From: Setoptus koraiensis
Taxonomy: Eukaryota > Animalia > Arthropoda
DNA length: 64,000 nucleotides
Direction: 5' to 3'
Assembly: GCA_048013815.1 (NCBI GenBank)
Contig: CM106585.1
Coordinates: forward strand, 3,224,001-3,288,000
Under the pieces are notes generated by a model, which was not told where the DNA came from, made no database searches, and saw only the letters and a list, made by a program, of their open reading frames with translations. How positions within the stretch are numbered: position 1 is the stretch's first letter; each line of letters begins with the position of its first letter. The position numbers were made by a program, and so were the translations under genes. This document shows positions 10,303 through 22,803 of this stretch, one piece after another.

Positions 10303-12881
10303 NNNNNNNNNNNNNNNNNNNNNNNNNNNNNNNNNNNNNNNNNNNNNNNNNNNNNNNNNNNNNNNNNNNNNNNNNNNNNNNNNNNNNNNNNNNNNNNNNN
10401 NNNNNNNNNNNNNNNNNNNNNNNNNNNNNNNNNNNNNNNNNNNNNNNNNNNNNNNNNNNNNNNNNNNNNNNNNNNNNNNNNNNNNNNNNNNNNNNNNNNN
10501 NNNNNNNNNNNNNNNNNNNNNNNNNNNNNNNNNNNNNNNNNNNNNNNNNNNNNNNNNNNNNNNNNNNNNNNNNNNNNNNNNNNNNNNNNNNNNNNNNNNN
10601 NNNNNNNNNNNNNNNNNNNNNNNNNNNNNNNNNNNNNNNNNNNNNNNNNNNNNNNNNNNNNNNNNNNNNNNNNNNNNNNNNNNNNNNNNNNNNNNNNNNN
10701 NNNNNNNNNNNNNNNNNNNNNNNNNNNNNNNNNNNNNNNNNNNNNNNNNNNNNNNNNNNNNNNNNNNNNNNNNNNNNNNNNNNNNNNNNNNNNNNNNNNN
10801 NNACGATCTTACACTCTAATATGGAGGTTCTGAAGAAAACTTAGATTACAACAATTATCAAGGTGGATTCAGACGAGGCGAACCCCCTCGAGCTCGTAGC
10901 AGCTATAAAACGTAGCAACATCAAGCAAGCATCAAAAAGCTAATAAGTGAAATATTAAGCAAAGTTTTTGGTGAAGAAGACAGTGTCAACGAAGGAGATA
11001 TAGATTCAGAATAAGACAACAGCATTAATAGAGATATGGCCGACAACATGAATGACAACGATAACGACAATATCAGCGTAGATGGCGAAATGAACGAAAA
11101 TTCCGCACCTAGAATGTTAAGAAGACCTCAATTCTTCGAGGGAAATCCGAAGGAAGCAAGACAATGGATTTCGGATTTCGACGATCGTATTGAGATAAAT
11201 GACTGGAAAGGTACAACTCCAGCACTGCGATTCCGCGCCTTTCTGAAAGGCAGCGCCCAGAATTGGTATAACGGCGCAATCAAGAATTCAGATATTAAAC
11301 TCGATTATGATAAAGTTAAGGAACAATTCGTCCGATGGTTTATCCCACGTTCAACAAGAATACACATAGCGAAAGAGTTGGACAACCGCGTACAAAGAAA
11401 AGAGGAGCCGGTCTCTAACTTTATCTGCGACATGAGATTATTATGTCAACAGTACGATGAAAAGATGCCAGAAGAGGAGATAGATTCGCAAAAGAGTATT
11501 AAGAAGTTTCGAGCCCATGCTCACTAACGCCAAACCGACGACATTAGAAGAACTATTAGAAACCTGCATAAATCTAGAGGAAGGTTTGATGAGAAAACGA
11601 AATTGGTCTGTGTTTTGGTTATCACCGCTGATGTTGTAGTTAGCCTGCCTGTTTCCATCGCCGTGATTTCTGTTTCCTTTTTGTTGGTTGTTCGAATTCT
11701 GGCCATATCGCTGTCCATCCGCTCTTCCTGAATTGTTATAATGGCGTCGCTGGTTGTTGGCTTGGCGGTTGAAGTTGTTGCCTTGGGAGCTGCGGTAGTT
11801 TTGGCCGTTATTGTTAGGACGGTTGTTGTTGTTGTTTTGGCCACGATTGTTGTAACGGTTTGCACCACCGTTGTTGTGATTGTTGTTCTGGCCACCGTTT
11901 TGTCGACCAATCCTATTACCGTTATTTCTGCTCTCATTAACTCGAGTGGGACAAACCTTAGATATGTGGCCGCGTCCGCCACAGTTAAAGCAATTTTTAC
12001 TGTTGCCATTGTTTTTCGCCACTACTGCGTCGACATTGTTGTTGCTCTGAGCGGGAACATGGAAATCTCATACTTAAAACCGACGCATCCAAATTAAGGT
12101 TTGGAGCGATTCTTTTGCAAGAACAAGAGGGAGAATATAGGATAGTCGCGACCACAAGCCGGAGGCTGTCTTCTGGGGAAAAGTCTTTAGGTTTCACACA
12201 CCTTGAAGGCGTCGCTCTGGTCGACGCCGTACGAAAATTCAGGCCCTACATCTTTGGCCGCAAGGTCAAAGTTGTAGTTGACCATTGCGCTTTGTGCGCA
12301 TTAGCAAGAACAAAGCCGCTAGAAGGCAAAGCAAGCCCGCTGGGCAATTGCTTTGTCACAGTACGACCTAACTATTGAATACCGCTCAGGCAAACGGCAT
12401 CTGGACGTGGATTGTTTGCCACGACAACCCGTCGCAGACTGCGATGACAAGTTAGACGAGGATAAATTCATCTTCGCGATAATCCCTTTAGAGGATTATC
12501 GTGGAGAATACAAGGATGACAAGGAATGCACTGCAGCTATACAAAGGGCGCAGCGCGGCGACAGTAAATTGACCATTAACAATGGGTATATATATAAGAG
12601 CGATAAATTAATTGTGCCATTCAAATTCAGAGACGAGCTAATAACCAACATACATGTACAAGGCCATCCTGGTATAAGACAAACTATAGAATTAATTGAA
12701 CGAAATTAGGGTGTTGTAGCGAACTGGGCGTAGCTCAGATCGCGACGAAACTCACGGTGTGTGTACCTTAAGGGGCCCTGATGAAGATTTGTTTGGACCG
12801 GAAGTGTAGAAACTACAGGTTCCGGTTTTAGCTTAATCTTCGAGCTACAGTCTTGAAAGTCAATATGTAGGTGGATTTGAT

Positions 12882-13736
12882 GGGTGTTCTAGCGAATAGT
12901 GCCACACTCAGATTTCAACCAGACTTCACACATGGGCCTCGAAGGGCCCCCTAAAAACGGATTCGCTAGTCCGGAAGTGCGGAAACTTTCGGTTCCGGTT
13001 AACCACAAACTTCAAGCTAGAGCCATGAAATTTGATGAACAGCAGGATGCAGACGTGCTGAGTACAACGGAGTTCGTTTCACCTGTGTGCGGCTTCCGGT
13101 TCAAGAGATATTCAGGAAAAACCGCGTGGGTATTCCCTTCGGAACAAAGCATCCGCGCGCACGAGTCTTTACGTGCGCCAATTCATCCCGATATCTCTCC
13201 AATTCTTGATGATACGCATCATTGTGATGAATTCAGTTTCTATCGTCGCATTTCTTCAACCAAGAATTTTCCATGGTTTGCAGTCACGTGAGCGGAGGGT
13301 AGAGGGCGTAGCCCGATACCCGAAGCGCTCATCAACCCTACCCGAAGGGCTCCCGTCGCACGCAGTCGTCGCGGGAGCGACGACGGAGATGTGACGGCCT
13401 CCAAATTACGAGGCCGCAGGCCGAGTTCTCAGACCCACCGCAGGTTCATCCCCGAGTGCAGCGAAGCTGAAATTCGTCATTGGTTCGGTCTTCTGGACCA
13501 ATAAATAAGCCGATATTTTGAGAACCGGAAGTCACACCCAGCTGATAATTATGCCATCGTGTTCATCGTCTTTTGGAACGCTAATATGGTGAATTTCAGA
13601 CCTCTAGCTCTAACTTGAGGTAAAACCGGAAGTTTCCGCACTTCCGGACCACTTTTTCCGTTCCATTGAGGTCAAGATGAACCTATACCGGAAATTTCAT
13701 CAGAATCTGGGTGTGGCACTATTCGCTAGAACAACC
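12882..13736 (+). mobile_element. Nested Merlin-family MITE
   Basis: TIRs GGGTGTTCTAGCGAATAGTGCCACAC / GTGTGGCACTATTCGCTAGAACAACC; TSD GATTTGAT (12874-12881, 13737-13744). Confidence 0.92.
13280..13437 (+). other. Conserved structured core of Merlin MITEs, copy 1
   Basis: Near-identical about 155-bp multi-hairpin sequence, also at 13983, 17644, 20592, 22248 and 24472. Confidence 0.85.
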
Positions 13737-13982
13737 GATTTGATTACGATGATTCCGATGACATCAACTTCTGATTCTTACAACTTCTGGTTCACAAGAT
13801 ATTAGGTGATAACCGCTGCAAGGGCGGCGACGGGACGTAATATCGACCAAATACGTGCGCTAGCAGGCACGTACAGATCAACACAAAAGCCTGCGCTACT
13901 TCCGATTCTCGAGATTCTCACAGTCGGAGGTGCAGCTTCACGATGAACAGTCTGTTCTTCTACTTACGGTCGTGTATGGATT

Positions 13983-14140
13983 GCAGTCATGTGAGCGGAG
14001 GGTAGAGGGCGCAGCCCGATACCCGAAGCGCTCATCAACCCTACCCGAAGGGTTCCCGTCGCACGCAGTCGTCGCGTGAGCGACGACGGAGATGTGACGG
14101 CCTCCAGAATACGAGGCCGCAGGCTGAGTTCCCAGACCCA
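13983..14140 (+). other. Conserved structured core, copy 2
   Basis: Same sequence; loop variants GCA, GAA, GTGA. Confidence 0.85.
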
Positions 14141-17100
14141 TCGCATACTAATTCCTGAGCAGAGCGGAGCTCCAATTTTTCGCACTTCCGGACCGTTCTT
14201 TCCGGTCTATAGACGTCAAGATGTACTCGTACAGGATGTTTCATCTAAATCAGGGCGGGGCACTAATCGATACAACAACTGATCCTTGGAGCGGTGATCA
14301 TGCGTTATGCTGAAATACCCATCATACCTTACACCAGTTATTTCGAATCCGAGTCGATTCTCCACTTCCGGAATACCTTTAAAGGGATGAGGGTTCTCTG
14401 ATGTACGCTAATAGTGCCCAAAATACCTTCAAGTACGCTACGAAGACTCTTAGCGATCGTCTGGTATCTCATAACGCCCACTGTGCGGTACCTCGGGTAA
14501 CTCGAAAACCGTAAATTTTTACATCTTATGAATATCTGTTTGGGTATCAGGGTACTATACTCTACCTGAATATACCCAAAATACCCAGATCGGAACTACG
14601 CCCAGTTCGCTACAACATCCCGAAATTACACATGGGAAAACCTCAAAGACGACGTTAAAGCAAAAGTAGAAGCGTGCCAAACGTGTCAAAAGCACAAAGT
14701 TCTTCGTGAAAAGCCAAGTGGTTTGATGCACTCATTCACCCCGCACAGACCATTCGAAGTTGTATGTTTAGATCATTTTGGACCACTCGATAGTACAAGC
14801 AAAGGAAGTAGACACGTATTGGTTGCCATCGACTCATTTACGAAATTCGTCATGGCAGCACCGACACTATCCACATCTTCAGAGGAAGTGGTAAAGTTTA
14901 TAATAAACAATATCATCGCAGTACACGGAGTACCACAGGTCCTATTCTCAGACAATGGAAGTGGATTCACCGCAAAGTTGACTAAAGATGTATGCAAGGC
15001 ATTTGGAATTGAATTGGTTTGGAATTAGTTGAATTGGACTCTACGCCTTATCATCACAAAGGTAATAGCATAGTCGAACGTGTTATTCAAACACTTCAAG
15101 ATAAGATTGGTATGGCAATGACCGACATAGGCGATGCGGAATGGGAAGACCACGTGGGTATGGCGTGTCTGGCCACAAACGCAACCCGTCATTCTAGCAC
15201 TAAGTATAGCCCATACGAATCGTTGTACGGTCGAAAAGTACGTTTACCGCGAGAAGCAGTAGACATATCAGATGAAACAGAAGTATTTGCAGAAAATCTA
15301 CAAGCACGACTAGAACTCATAAGAAGAGACGTGGCGACGAATATCAATCACGGCAATGAACTCTCCAAGAAATACTACGATAGCAAAAGACAAGAGAGGA
15401 AATTCATTATTAACGACGAAGTGATGGTCCACTTCGAGCCCAAGCAGGACACTAGACCCAACAAGTTATCAACTACTTATAGAGGACCGTACGTAGTAGT
15501 GGACATCAAACCTCACGATATCTACAAATTGGAACTAATCGGAGCCAAAAAGAAGCGAATTATTATGGCTCATGTATCGCGTCTCAAAGCCTACAAAAGA
15601 GATGCGACAGATAATGTACATGAGGAACAGGAGAGACACGGCGAAAACGTTGAAATAATCGACCTGGATAAACCTGAAGAGCTAGAAGAAGCAACAGTTA
15701 AGGAACGCCAGACGCCTAAGCAACACTCGAGGCGTAAGCAGAACTTCAGCATGCTCAGTATCATCGCACTACTACAATTGTTTTCAACATCGCAAGCCCA
15801 AGTGGCTCACAACTTTATAGCATCTGAATCCGTCATATGGACCAACACCGACATTCCAGTTGTAAACGGCATCATACATTACAATATGGATTATTATGTA
15901 GATGATCCGTACCACACATTATTCACCGGCGCATCTGCATCAAATCAAACGGATGCGCACATGATCGACAAGTGTTACCAAATATTCTCGGACAAAATTC
16001 TCAGACCGTTAGAGAACTTTTGCAATGGAACTAATGAGAGCAGAGACAAGAGACTCGTAGGCGACATCGCAGCCTTCGCCATATCGACAAGCTCTTTGAT
16101 TGTAGCCCTTGACGTGAAGAAAAATTATGTCCCTTATTTGAAGAACGCAGTTGCCCAATTGAGAGCTACCGTAGAGGACTCTCGTGACATCACCAGACGC
16201 TTGGACTACAAGGTGGAAGATTTGCGCGTTGCAGTAAAAATAGATCACGAAGTAACCGAGCGCTATCTAGAGAGATTCGCAAAAGAGATCGCAGAAATCC
16301 AATCTCAGGAAAACATAAACACTGCAGCGGCCATCCTATTCGCAGAATATATGGACAACGTGGAAACCACGAACGCTATCATATTAAAAGCTAAAGATGG
16401 ATGGTTATTCGAAGGAAGAATCCGCCCGGAACTATTTCGTATTTTTGGAGCCGGGGAGGAGTTTAACCAGAATGATGGAAAGAACGGCAGGCTAAGATCC
16501 TGCAGATACGATAAGCAGAAACTAACGTTGGCCATCACAACCCATAAGATAGATGGAACGTCGTCCATACTTAGCGCAAACCGACTGAACTTTTGGAATG
16601 GAACTGAGGAAAACATATGTATTAGCACGTACGTAGGCTCGAAGATGGCTTTGGTCAATGCAACCTCTAAATGCAACATAGAGGTCACACAGGATGAAAT
16701 CCAAGGAGATGGATCGTACCGTCACTCGTGTACCGAGTTAAACTCACTCACCCAAGGCTAAAATTACTGGAATAGTACAGAGTGTGTACACATGAAGAAC
16801 ATAACAACAGACTTATTCAAGTACGTGAGCAAGTCAGGATATAACCATGTATACTGCTTTCCATCGAACATTACAATAGAAGGCGACACATTCCCATGCC
16901 CAAAGGGACCGTTTAAGTTACCAGACGAGCAATCGTTCGTGGTAGCGAACAAACATTTCTACGAAGCCGAACGACATATGATATTGTTTGTCAACGACTT
17001 AGCCGCACAATCAAAGATCAATTACAAACTGATGACCAATTACCAACCGATTGTAATTGAGGGCTTTGAGAAATCGGCTAAAATCTTAGATAATTTACCT

Positions 17101-17200
17101 GGACTGGCCAACATCACAGGTATAAAATGGATCGAGGATATTCCACGACATCCAGGACTGAGAGCTTTATCCGATATCCTCACAGGAGACTTCGACTCTT

Positions 17201-18075
17201 GGTTATTCTATACAGGAACGCCGCACTTTTTTCGGGGATTTTTGGGTATTTTCAGCTGGGGTATTGTGCCCTGATACCGGATTGTGTATTCCGGAAGTGC
17301 GGAAATTCCTCGTTCCCGAGATAACCGAGGTACCGCTTAGTAGGCGTTTCTCAATACCCGACGACCGCGAGCGTTTTTTTGGGGTAGCATGGGTGTTACA
17401 GGGTAGAGCAACTCATTGTGACCAAGTATGGGTACTTTATGTGGTGAAGATAGTGACCCCGAGATCAAGCAAAAGTGGTCCGTGCCAGGGCGTAGGAAAC
17501 AAACATTTACGGCGACCAAAAGAGATGGGGCCCCTGCAGACAAGCTTACTTTTGCAGATTTGAGCTTTGCATCGCTGGGCGATGAGTCTGCGTTTGATCT
17601 GAAAACACAGCAATATGAACACACAACTTTATAGCATCAGAAATCACATCTCCGTCGTCGCTCCCGCGACGACTGCGTGCGACGGGAACCCTACGGGTAG
17701 GGTTGATGAGCGCTTCGGGTATCGGGCTGCGCCCTCTACCATCCGCTCACATGACTGCAATCCATACCCGAACAATAGTGGAAGATCAGAATGTTCCCTG
17801 TCAACTCCCCCAAACACATGTGAAAATGCCTCTTCCAAAAGAGTAACGGCAGTATTATAGGAACCGGAAGTCGTTCAGATCTGAAATTGACTCTTTTGTT
17901 TTTGACATGCTCTGAGCAGGCTGTATACTGAGTTTCAAGCTTATATCTTTGATTTTTCTTGAAACCGGAAGTTTCCGCACTTCCGGACCTTCGAATTTAT
18001 TGTTGTCGAGCCCTGCGGGCCCCGTGTGTTGAGTTTCATTGGAATCGGAGTGTGGCGCTCTTGTATAGAATACCC
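17201..18075 (-). mobile_element. Merlin-family MITE with non-matching flanks
   Basis: TIRs GGTTATTCTATACAGGAACGCCGCACT / AGTGTGGCGCTCTTGTATAGAATACCC; same subterminal modules and core; flanking 8-mers CGACTCTT and CTTGCATT differ. Confidence 0.8.
17644..17758 (-). other. Conserved structured core, copy 3 (partial)
   Basis: Lacks the GGCCTC/GAGGCC hairpin; GAA loop changed to GTA. Confidence 0.8.
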
Positions 18076-18785
18076 CTTGCATTCTATGATCCTTGTCATA
18101 TACTGTTCAAAAACATTACTGGCGTCGTTGCACTTGATGAAGAATTAACAGATGTGTGTTCACTTCGATTCAAACATGACATTTTAGAAAAGCTAAAAGG
18201 CGTAACTGATCAACACTACCTAACTAAGAGAGACTTTGGTGTAACAGTTGCTACAGTAACTGCCTTGTCAGCACTGTACGTCGCGACAACGACGACAACG
18301 ACCGCCGTTAAGGGAACGCGCATGGAAAATAACAACAAAGATTTAGTAGAAAGACTCAACGAACGCGTGACAGCGCCACAGGAAACAATGATAGCATCTG
18401 AAGGAAGAATATCAGTGAAGATTGCAGAGCTACAGAAAGACGTAGACTACATGGGTTCGCTTCTGTTAGTTCAACCCAGAATTCATGACGAATTGAATCA
18501 AGTACTTCTACGAATTCACGAGGAGAAATTTAAGCTTGAACAACTCAACAAAGCTCTAAGAGTCAACTAACAAGTACCTATGGTACTTCTAGAACTTGTT
18601 AATTCCACAAATATGTTGAACACAGTCACATTGAGGCATTCAATAGTACATAAGTTCGGTTTTAGAGGCGATGAATTGGTTATCAGCGCCGCTCTATTGA
18701 AAAGGAGTCCCGAAGTCCAAATCATGAGGGCCGATCCTTTTACATATTATGCCATCGACATGATTACAAGTTTCGTGTGTAGATA
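18076..18785 (+). pseudogene. env: Env-like glycoprotein fragment
   Basis: FYDPCHILFKNITG...DVCSLRF...LTKR and later IMRADPF align with the other env copies; internal stop at 18568-18570. Confidence 0.82.
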
Positions 18786-18830
18786 GCTGGCTCTGTAGCT
18801 TGTTCACATATTGTTGAATTTCTCAATTAG

Positions 18831-19000
18831 TTAAAGTATCCCAACATTACACATGTTCACCCTATGGAGTTTTGAAATATGATTCCCGTGTTGAAGTATC
18901 TAAACATTACACATGTTAACTCTATGGAGTTTTGAGTCCCTCAATTCCTGTGTTAAAGTATCTAAACACTACACATGTTAACTCTATGGAGTTTTGAGTC
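18831..19000. repeat. About 60-bp tandem repeat x3
   Basis: AAGTATC...ACATTACACATGTT...CTATGGAGTTTTGA repeated at about 60-bp period; shares a motif with the HINE interior. Confidence 0.8.
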
Positions 19001-19015
19001 ATGACTGGCTTGGTC

Positions 19016-19145
19016 AAGACCGGCACAGTCGTGACCGAATCGGCTGTGACCGAATCGGCCGTGACCGAATAGGCCGTGACCGAATTGGCCGTGACCGGCT
19101 CAGTCGTGACCGGCTCAGTCGTGACCGGCACAGTCGTGACCGGTT
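19016..19145. repeat. 15-bp minisatellite x8-9
   Basis: GTGACC recurs every 15 bp from 19031 to 19136. Confidence 0.9.
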
Positions 19146-19166
19146 CGTCTATGACTTTATGATTTC

Positions 19167-19525
19167 TAGCGCTTAATTTTAACTAAGTAGCTACTGGGGT
19201 AGTGATGATGGATACGTTTATTCACGTGACTATGTAATCCTATGGAGGTTTGACTTAGTCAAATTTGTGAGAATCCTGCTAGACATTACACATGTATTCC
19301 TATGTAGATTCGACTTGGTCTATTATCGCTTCACTCGAAAATATTTCGCATGCAATCCTATGGAGATTTGGTGATAAATCGAATTCGAGATTGGAAATTC
19401 GAATTTTCGATGAGAGTTTCAGGTGCTCGTTCGATGATCGATGGTCAGAGTTGGATGTTCGATGGTCAGGGTTCGATGTTCGGAGTTCCATGGTAACAAT
19501 TCGAACTTCGAAGTATGTGATAACA
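19167..19525 (+). mobile_element. HINE/Helentron-like element, 5' fragment
   Basis: TAGCGCTTAATTTT subTIR plus shared 5' block identical to 43376 onward. Confidence 0.7.
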
Positions 19526-20088
19526 TGTCGGACCCGTGCTCTCCCTACAGAGAACTCATTGGAAGTTTGTTGTACGCTGCGTGCCTGACACGCCCCGATA
19601 TCCAATTCAATGTAAGTGTGCTATCACGATATAATGAAGCACCAATGGAAAAGCACTGGTCAGCAGCTAAACGCATATTGAGATATCTCAAGGGTACTCT
19701 GGAGCTAGGGATACGATTTACTCCCTCCCCAGCATCAGCCTTGACTGTTACACAGACGCTGATTGGGGAGGAGATACTCTCAATATAAAATCGACAAGTG
19801 GTATGTTATGTTTCCTTGCAGGTGGGCTGGTCTCTTACCGAACAAAGAAACAAACAATCGTCGCCCAGTCAACTGCCGAGGCAGAGTATGTTGCCGCGAG
19901 CCTAGGGGTGAGAGAGATACTAGGCATCAAGAATACTTTAAAAGAACTAGACATCAAGATCGATAAGACAACGTTATACATAGACAACCAGCCAGCCATT
20001 CGGATCATACAAAATCCCAAACAAAGGAAAAATACCAAACACATCGGCCTCAACCACTTAATCAGAGACCACTACAACAAGAAATTAT

Positions 20089-21148
20089 GGTTATACTTGC
20101 GAAGTGGGCACCCATCAGATTGGGGTATTTTGGGTATTTTTGGGTAGGGTATAGTACCCTGATACCAGATTGGGTATTTATAAGATGTAGAAACTTACGG
20201 TTTCCGAGGTACCCGAGGTACCGCACAGTGGGCGTTTTGTGATACCCGACGACCGCTAGCGGTTCCCACTTCTTTTTTTGAAGATAATTTTGTTACAGCA
20301 AGGTACAGTCGAGTATTTTGAACTCAGTAGTCGTATACCGGAAGTGTTAAAATGAACCCGATGTGCGATACCAGGGTTTACCCGGGTATTTCGGGTATCC
20401 GAGTTAGTAATAGGCTGCGCGAGGGTAATAATCACAACCGCATGAGTGCGGCATGACCGTTGCGGGTAGCGCGCGGTACCCGGGGTACCCATGCTCACCC
20501 GTCAATCCCCGGCGCACGCGAAATTCATTTTTAGCGAGATTCATGAATATTATCACCAAGGTAGATACCACACTCGGGACCGCACCTGTGATGGGTCTGA
20601 GAACTCGGCCTGCGGCCTCGTAATCTGGAGGCCGTCACATCTCCGTCGTCGCTCCCGCGACGACTGCGTGCGACGGGAACCCTTCGGGTAGGGTTGATGA
20701 GCGCTTCGGGTATCGGGCTGCGCCCTCTACCCTCCGCTCACATGACTGCAAACCATAGACGAGAGTAAGAGACAAGAAGAAATGTTGAAAGCCTCGGAAC
20801 ATGATTCAAGCGCTTCGACGACTTGTGTGGCGACATGTCTGAGCCTCTTGGCGCACGTATTTTCTCGTGCGCACGAATATCTCGTCCCGGGCGGAATACC
20901 CGCGCGGTTTTACCTGAATATCTCTGGATCCGGAAGTCGCACAGGCATGAAATGGACTACATTGTACTGAGAATGAATGTAGTCTGCTGCATACCAAGTT
21001 TCATGTCTCTAGCTCGAAGTTGAAGCTGAAACCGGAAGGAGTAATTTCTACACTTCCGGTCTAGAAGAATCGTCATCAGGGGCCTCTAGAGTACCCACAT
21101 GGTGAGTTTCGTGGTGATCTGATGGGTGCCCACTTCGCAAGAACACCC
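20089..21148 (-). mobile_element. Merlin-family MITE
   Basis: TIRs GGTTATACTTGCGAAGTGGGCACCCATCAGA / TCTGATGGGTGCCCACTTCGCAAGAACACCC; TSD GAAATTAT (20081-20088, 21149-21156). Confidence 0.93.
20592..20749 (-). other. Conserved structured core, copy 4
   Basis: Full-length copy. Confidence 0.85.
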
Positions 21149-22247
21149 GAAATTATTCGAACTTGAGTACGTAAAGTCTGAAGAACAGAAGGCCGACATC
21201 ATGACCAAGTCCCTACCTCCAGCTAAACACAGCAATATGATTGTTAAATTAGGTATGATAGCCGTATTATGCCTAATCCAACTGATAGACTCCAACATGG
21301 CCCTAGACATCGACGACCTAGTCATTTGGAGACCCACCAAGGTTAATCACATACAGGGCCAACAAAACATAGAACTAGACCTAATGTTCAAAAATCCATG
21401 CAAACAATTGTTCTCCAATTTAACATCGATTAGAGCAATCGACAAACAACTTATAAGCATCTGCAACAATCGATTCGAATCAAGAATAAAACAGAAGATG
21501 GACAGCCTATGCCCTGAAAAGAAACGTACAGCCAGGTCACCTACAATTGGGACAATGGTTGCAGCGGTTTCCGCTGTGGTCATGACTGCACATCGAATTA
21601 TCTGATCAACAAGCGGATCAAGATCGACGCGAACTACGCCGCGACAACCAAGTACTACATCAACTGACGGTTGTTGTAGCGATTAGGTCCCCACCCAGAT
21701 TCTGATGAAACTTCCGGTATAGGTTCATATTGACCCAAATAAGACGGGAAAATTACTCCGGAAGCCAGGAAACTTCCGGTTCCGGTTTGAAATAAAGTTG
21801 AAGCTAGAGATCTGAAACTCACCAGACCGACGTTTCAGAGAACGCTGAACAGAATGGCATACTTTTCAGCTCTGTGAGACTCCCGGTTCTCAGGATATCG
21901 GCTTATTTATAGGTTTGGAAGACCGGAAGTAGACGAATTTCAGCTTTGCTGCACTCGGGTATGAACCTGCGGTTATAGTCCCGAAGAGCGACACACTTTT
22001 TTTGGGGTATCTTGGGTATTTTCGGGTAGGCTATAGTACCCTTATACCTAGATAGGTATTCCGGAAGTGCGGAAATTCCTGGTTCCCGAGATAACCGAGG
22101 TACCGCTCTATGGGCGTTTCTCGTTACCCGACAGCCGCTCGGGGATTTGCGGGTATTTTTTCGGGGTAATTTTTGGTTCCTCGATGAAGTCGCGTCCAAT
22201 ACAGCAAGGAATAGTAGAAATAGGCCTTAGCTTCGCTCTGTTTGTGA

Positions 22248-22405
22248 TGGGTCCAAGAACTCGGCCTGCGGCCTCGTAATCTGGAGGCCGTCACATCTCC
22301 GTCGTCGCTCTCGCGACGACTCCGTGCGACGGGAACCCTTCGGGTAGGGTTGATGAGCGCTTCGGGTATCGGGCTGCGCCCTCTACCCTCCGCTCACGTG
22401 ACTGC
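22248..22405 (-). other. Conserved structured core, copy 5
   Basis: Tetraloop variant GAGA. Confidence 0.85.
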
Positions 22406-22803
22406 AATCCATACCCCGTCAAAAGAGATGATCAGACTGCGAACTGTGAAGCCCAAGATTTCCCTGCATCCCATCGAATGCGCAGGCTTCAGATTTAATA
22501 ACAGTTCATCAATCAGCGTAATTCCGACCGATTGCGCAAGTATAGCTTCTGGCAGGTTTTCTGATGACGGCATTCTATCGACCCGTTCGCAGAACTCGCT
22601 AAGATCATGCGCATAGAATAGAAGCAAGAGGTGAAAACCAACAAAAACGGCCCTTATCAGAGCAACCCCAACTTTGAACAACTTTCTCTTGGTTTTTCCC
22701 AAAAATCTCGAGAACCGCGCGTCCAACATGGCTGAAATTGATGACGTTGTGCTCAGCATGCTTGAATCTACCGGTGTACCGAGTTTTGAGTCTGTATCTC
22801 AAA

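Larger units (their letters stand above)
3577..10303 (-). mobile_element. Full-length env-bearing Ty3/gypsy LTR retrotransposon B
   Basis: Identical 142-bp LTRs (3577-3718; 10162-10302, last base in gap), TG...CA ends, PBS TGGTGCGGCAACC next to the 5' LTR, PPT AGGGGAGGGGGA, single uninterrupted ORF. Confidence 0.96.
12709..14620 (+). mobile_element. Merlin-family MITE containing a nested MITE
   Basis: About 33-bp imperfect TIRs GGGTGTTGTAGCGAACTGGGCGTAG / CTACGCCCAGTTCGCTACAACATCC; 8-bp TSD CGAAATTA (12701-12708, 14621-14628); removal restores integrase HPGIRQTIELIERNYTWENLK. Confidence 0.93.
10803..17200 (+). mobile_element. Degenerate env-bearing Ty3/gypsy element C (internal inversion, PR-RT missing, Merlin insertions)
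   Basis: PBS TGGAGGTTCT at 10822; gag 11036-about 11610 with frameshift; inverted gag C-terminus about 11608-12065; RNase H (KTDAS, DHCAL) 12066-12440; integrase split by MITE; env 15750-17200 with signal LSIIALLQLF and RDKR site; stops and frameshifts. Confidence 0.88.

Noticed and set aside
10183-10833. ORFs spanning the first N gap
   Set aside because: Artefacts of translating Ns.
20690-20750. Hammerhead ribozyme or U3/box C/D snoRNA in the MITE core (TTGATGAG)
   Set aside because: No GAAA after the candidate stem II and no terminal CTGA box D; G.U and GNRA evidence favours the opposite strand.
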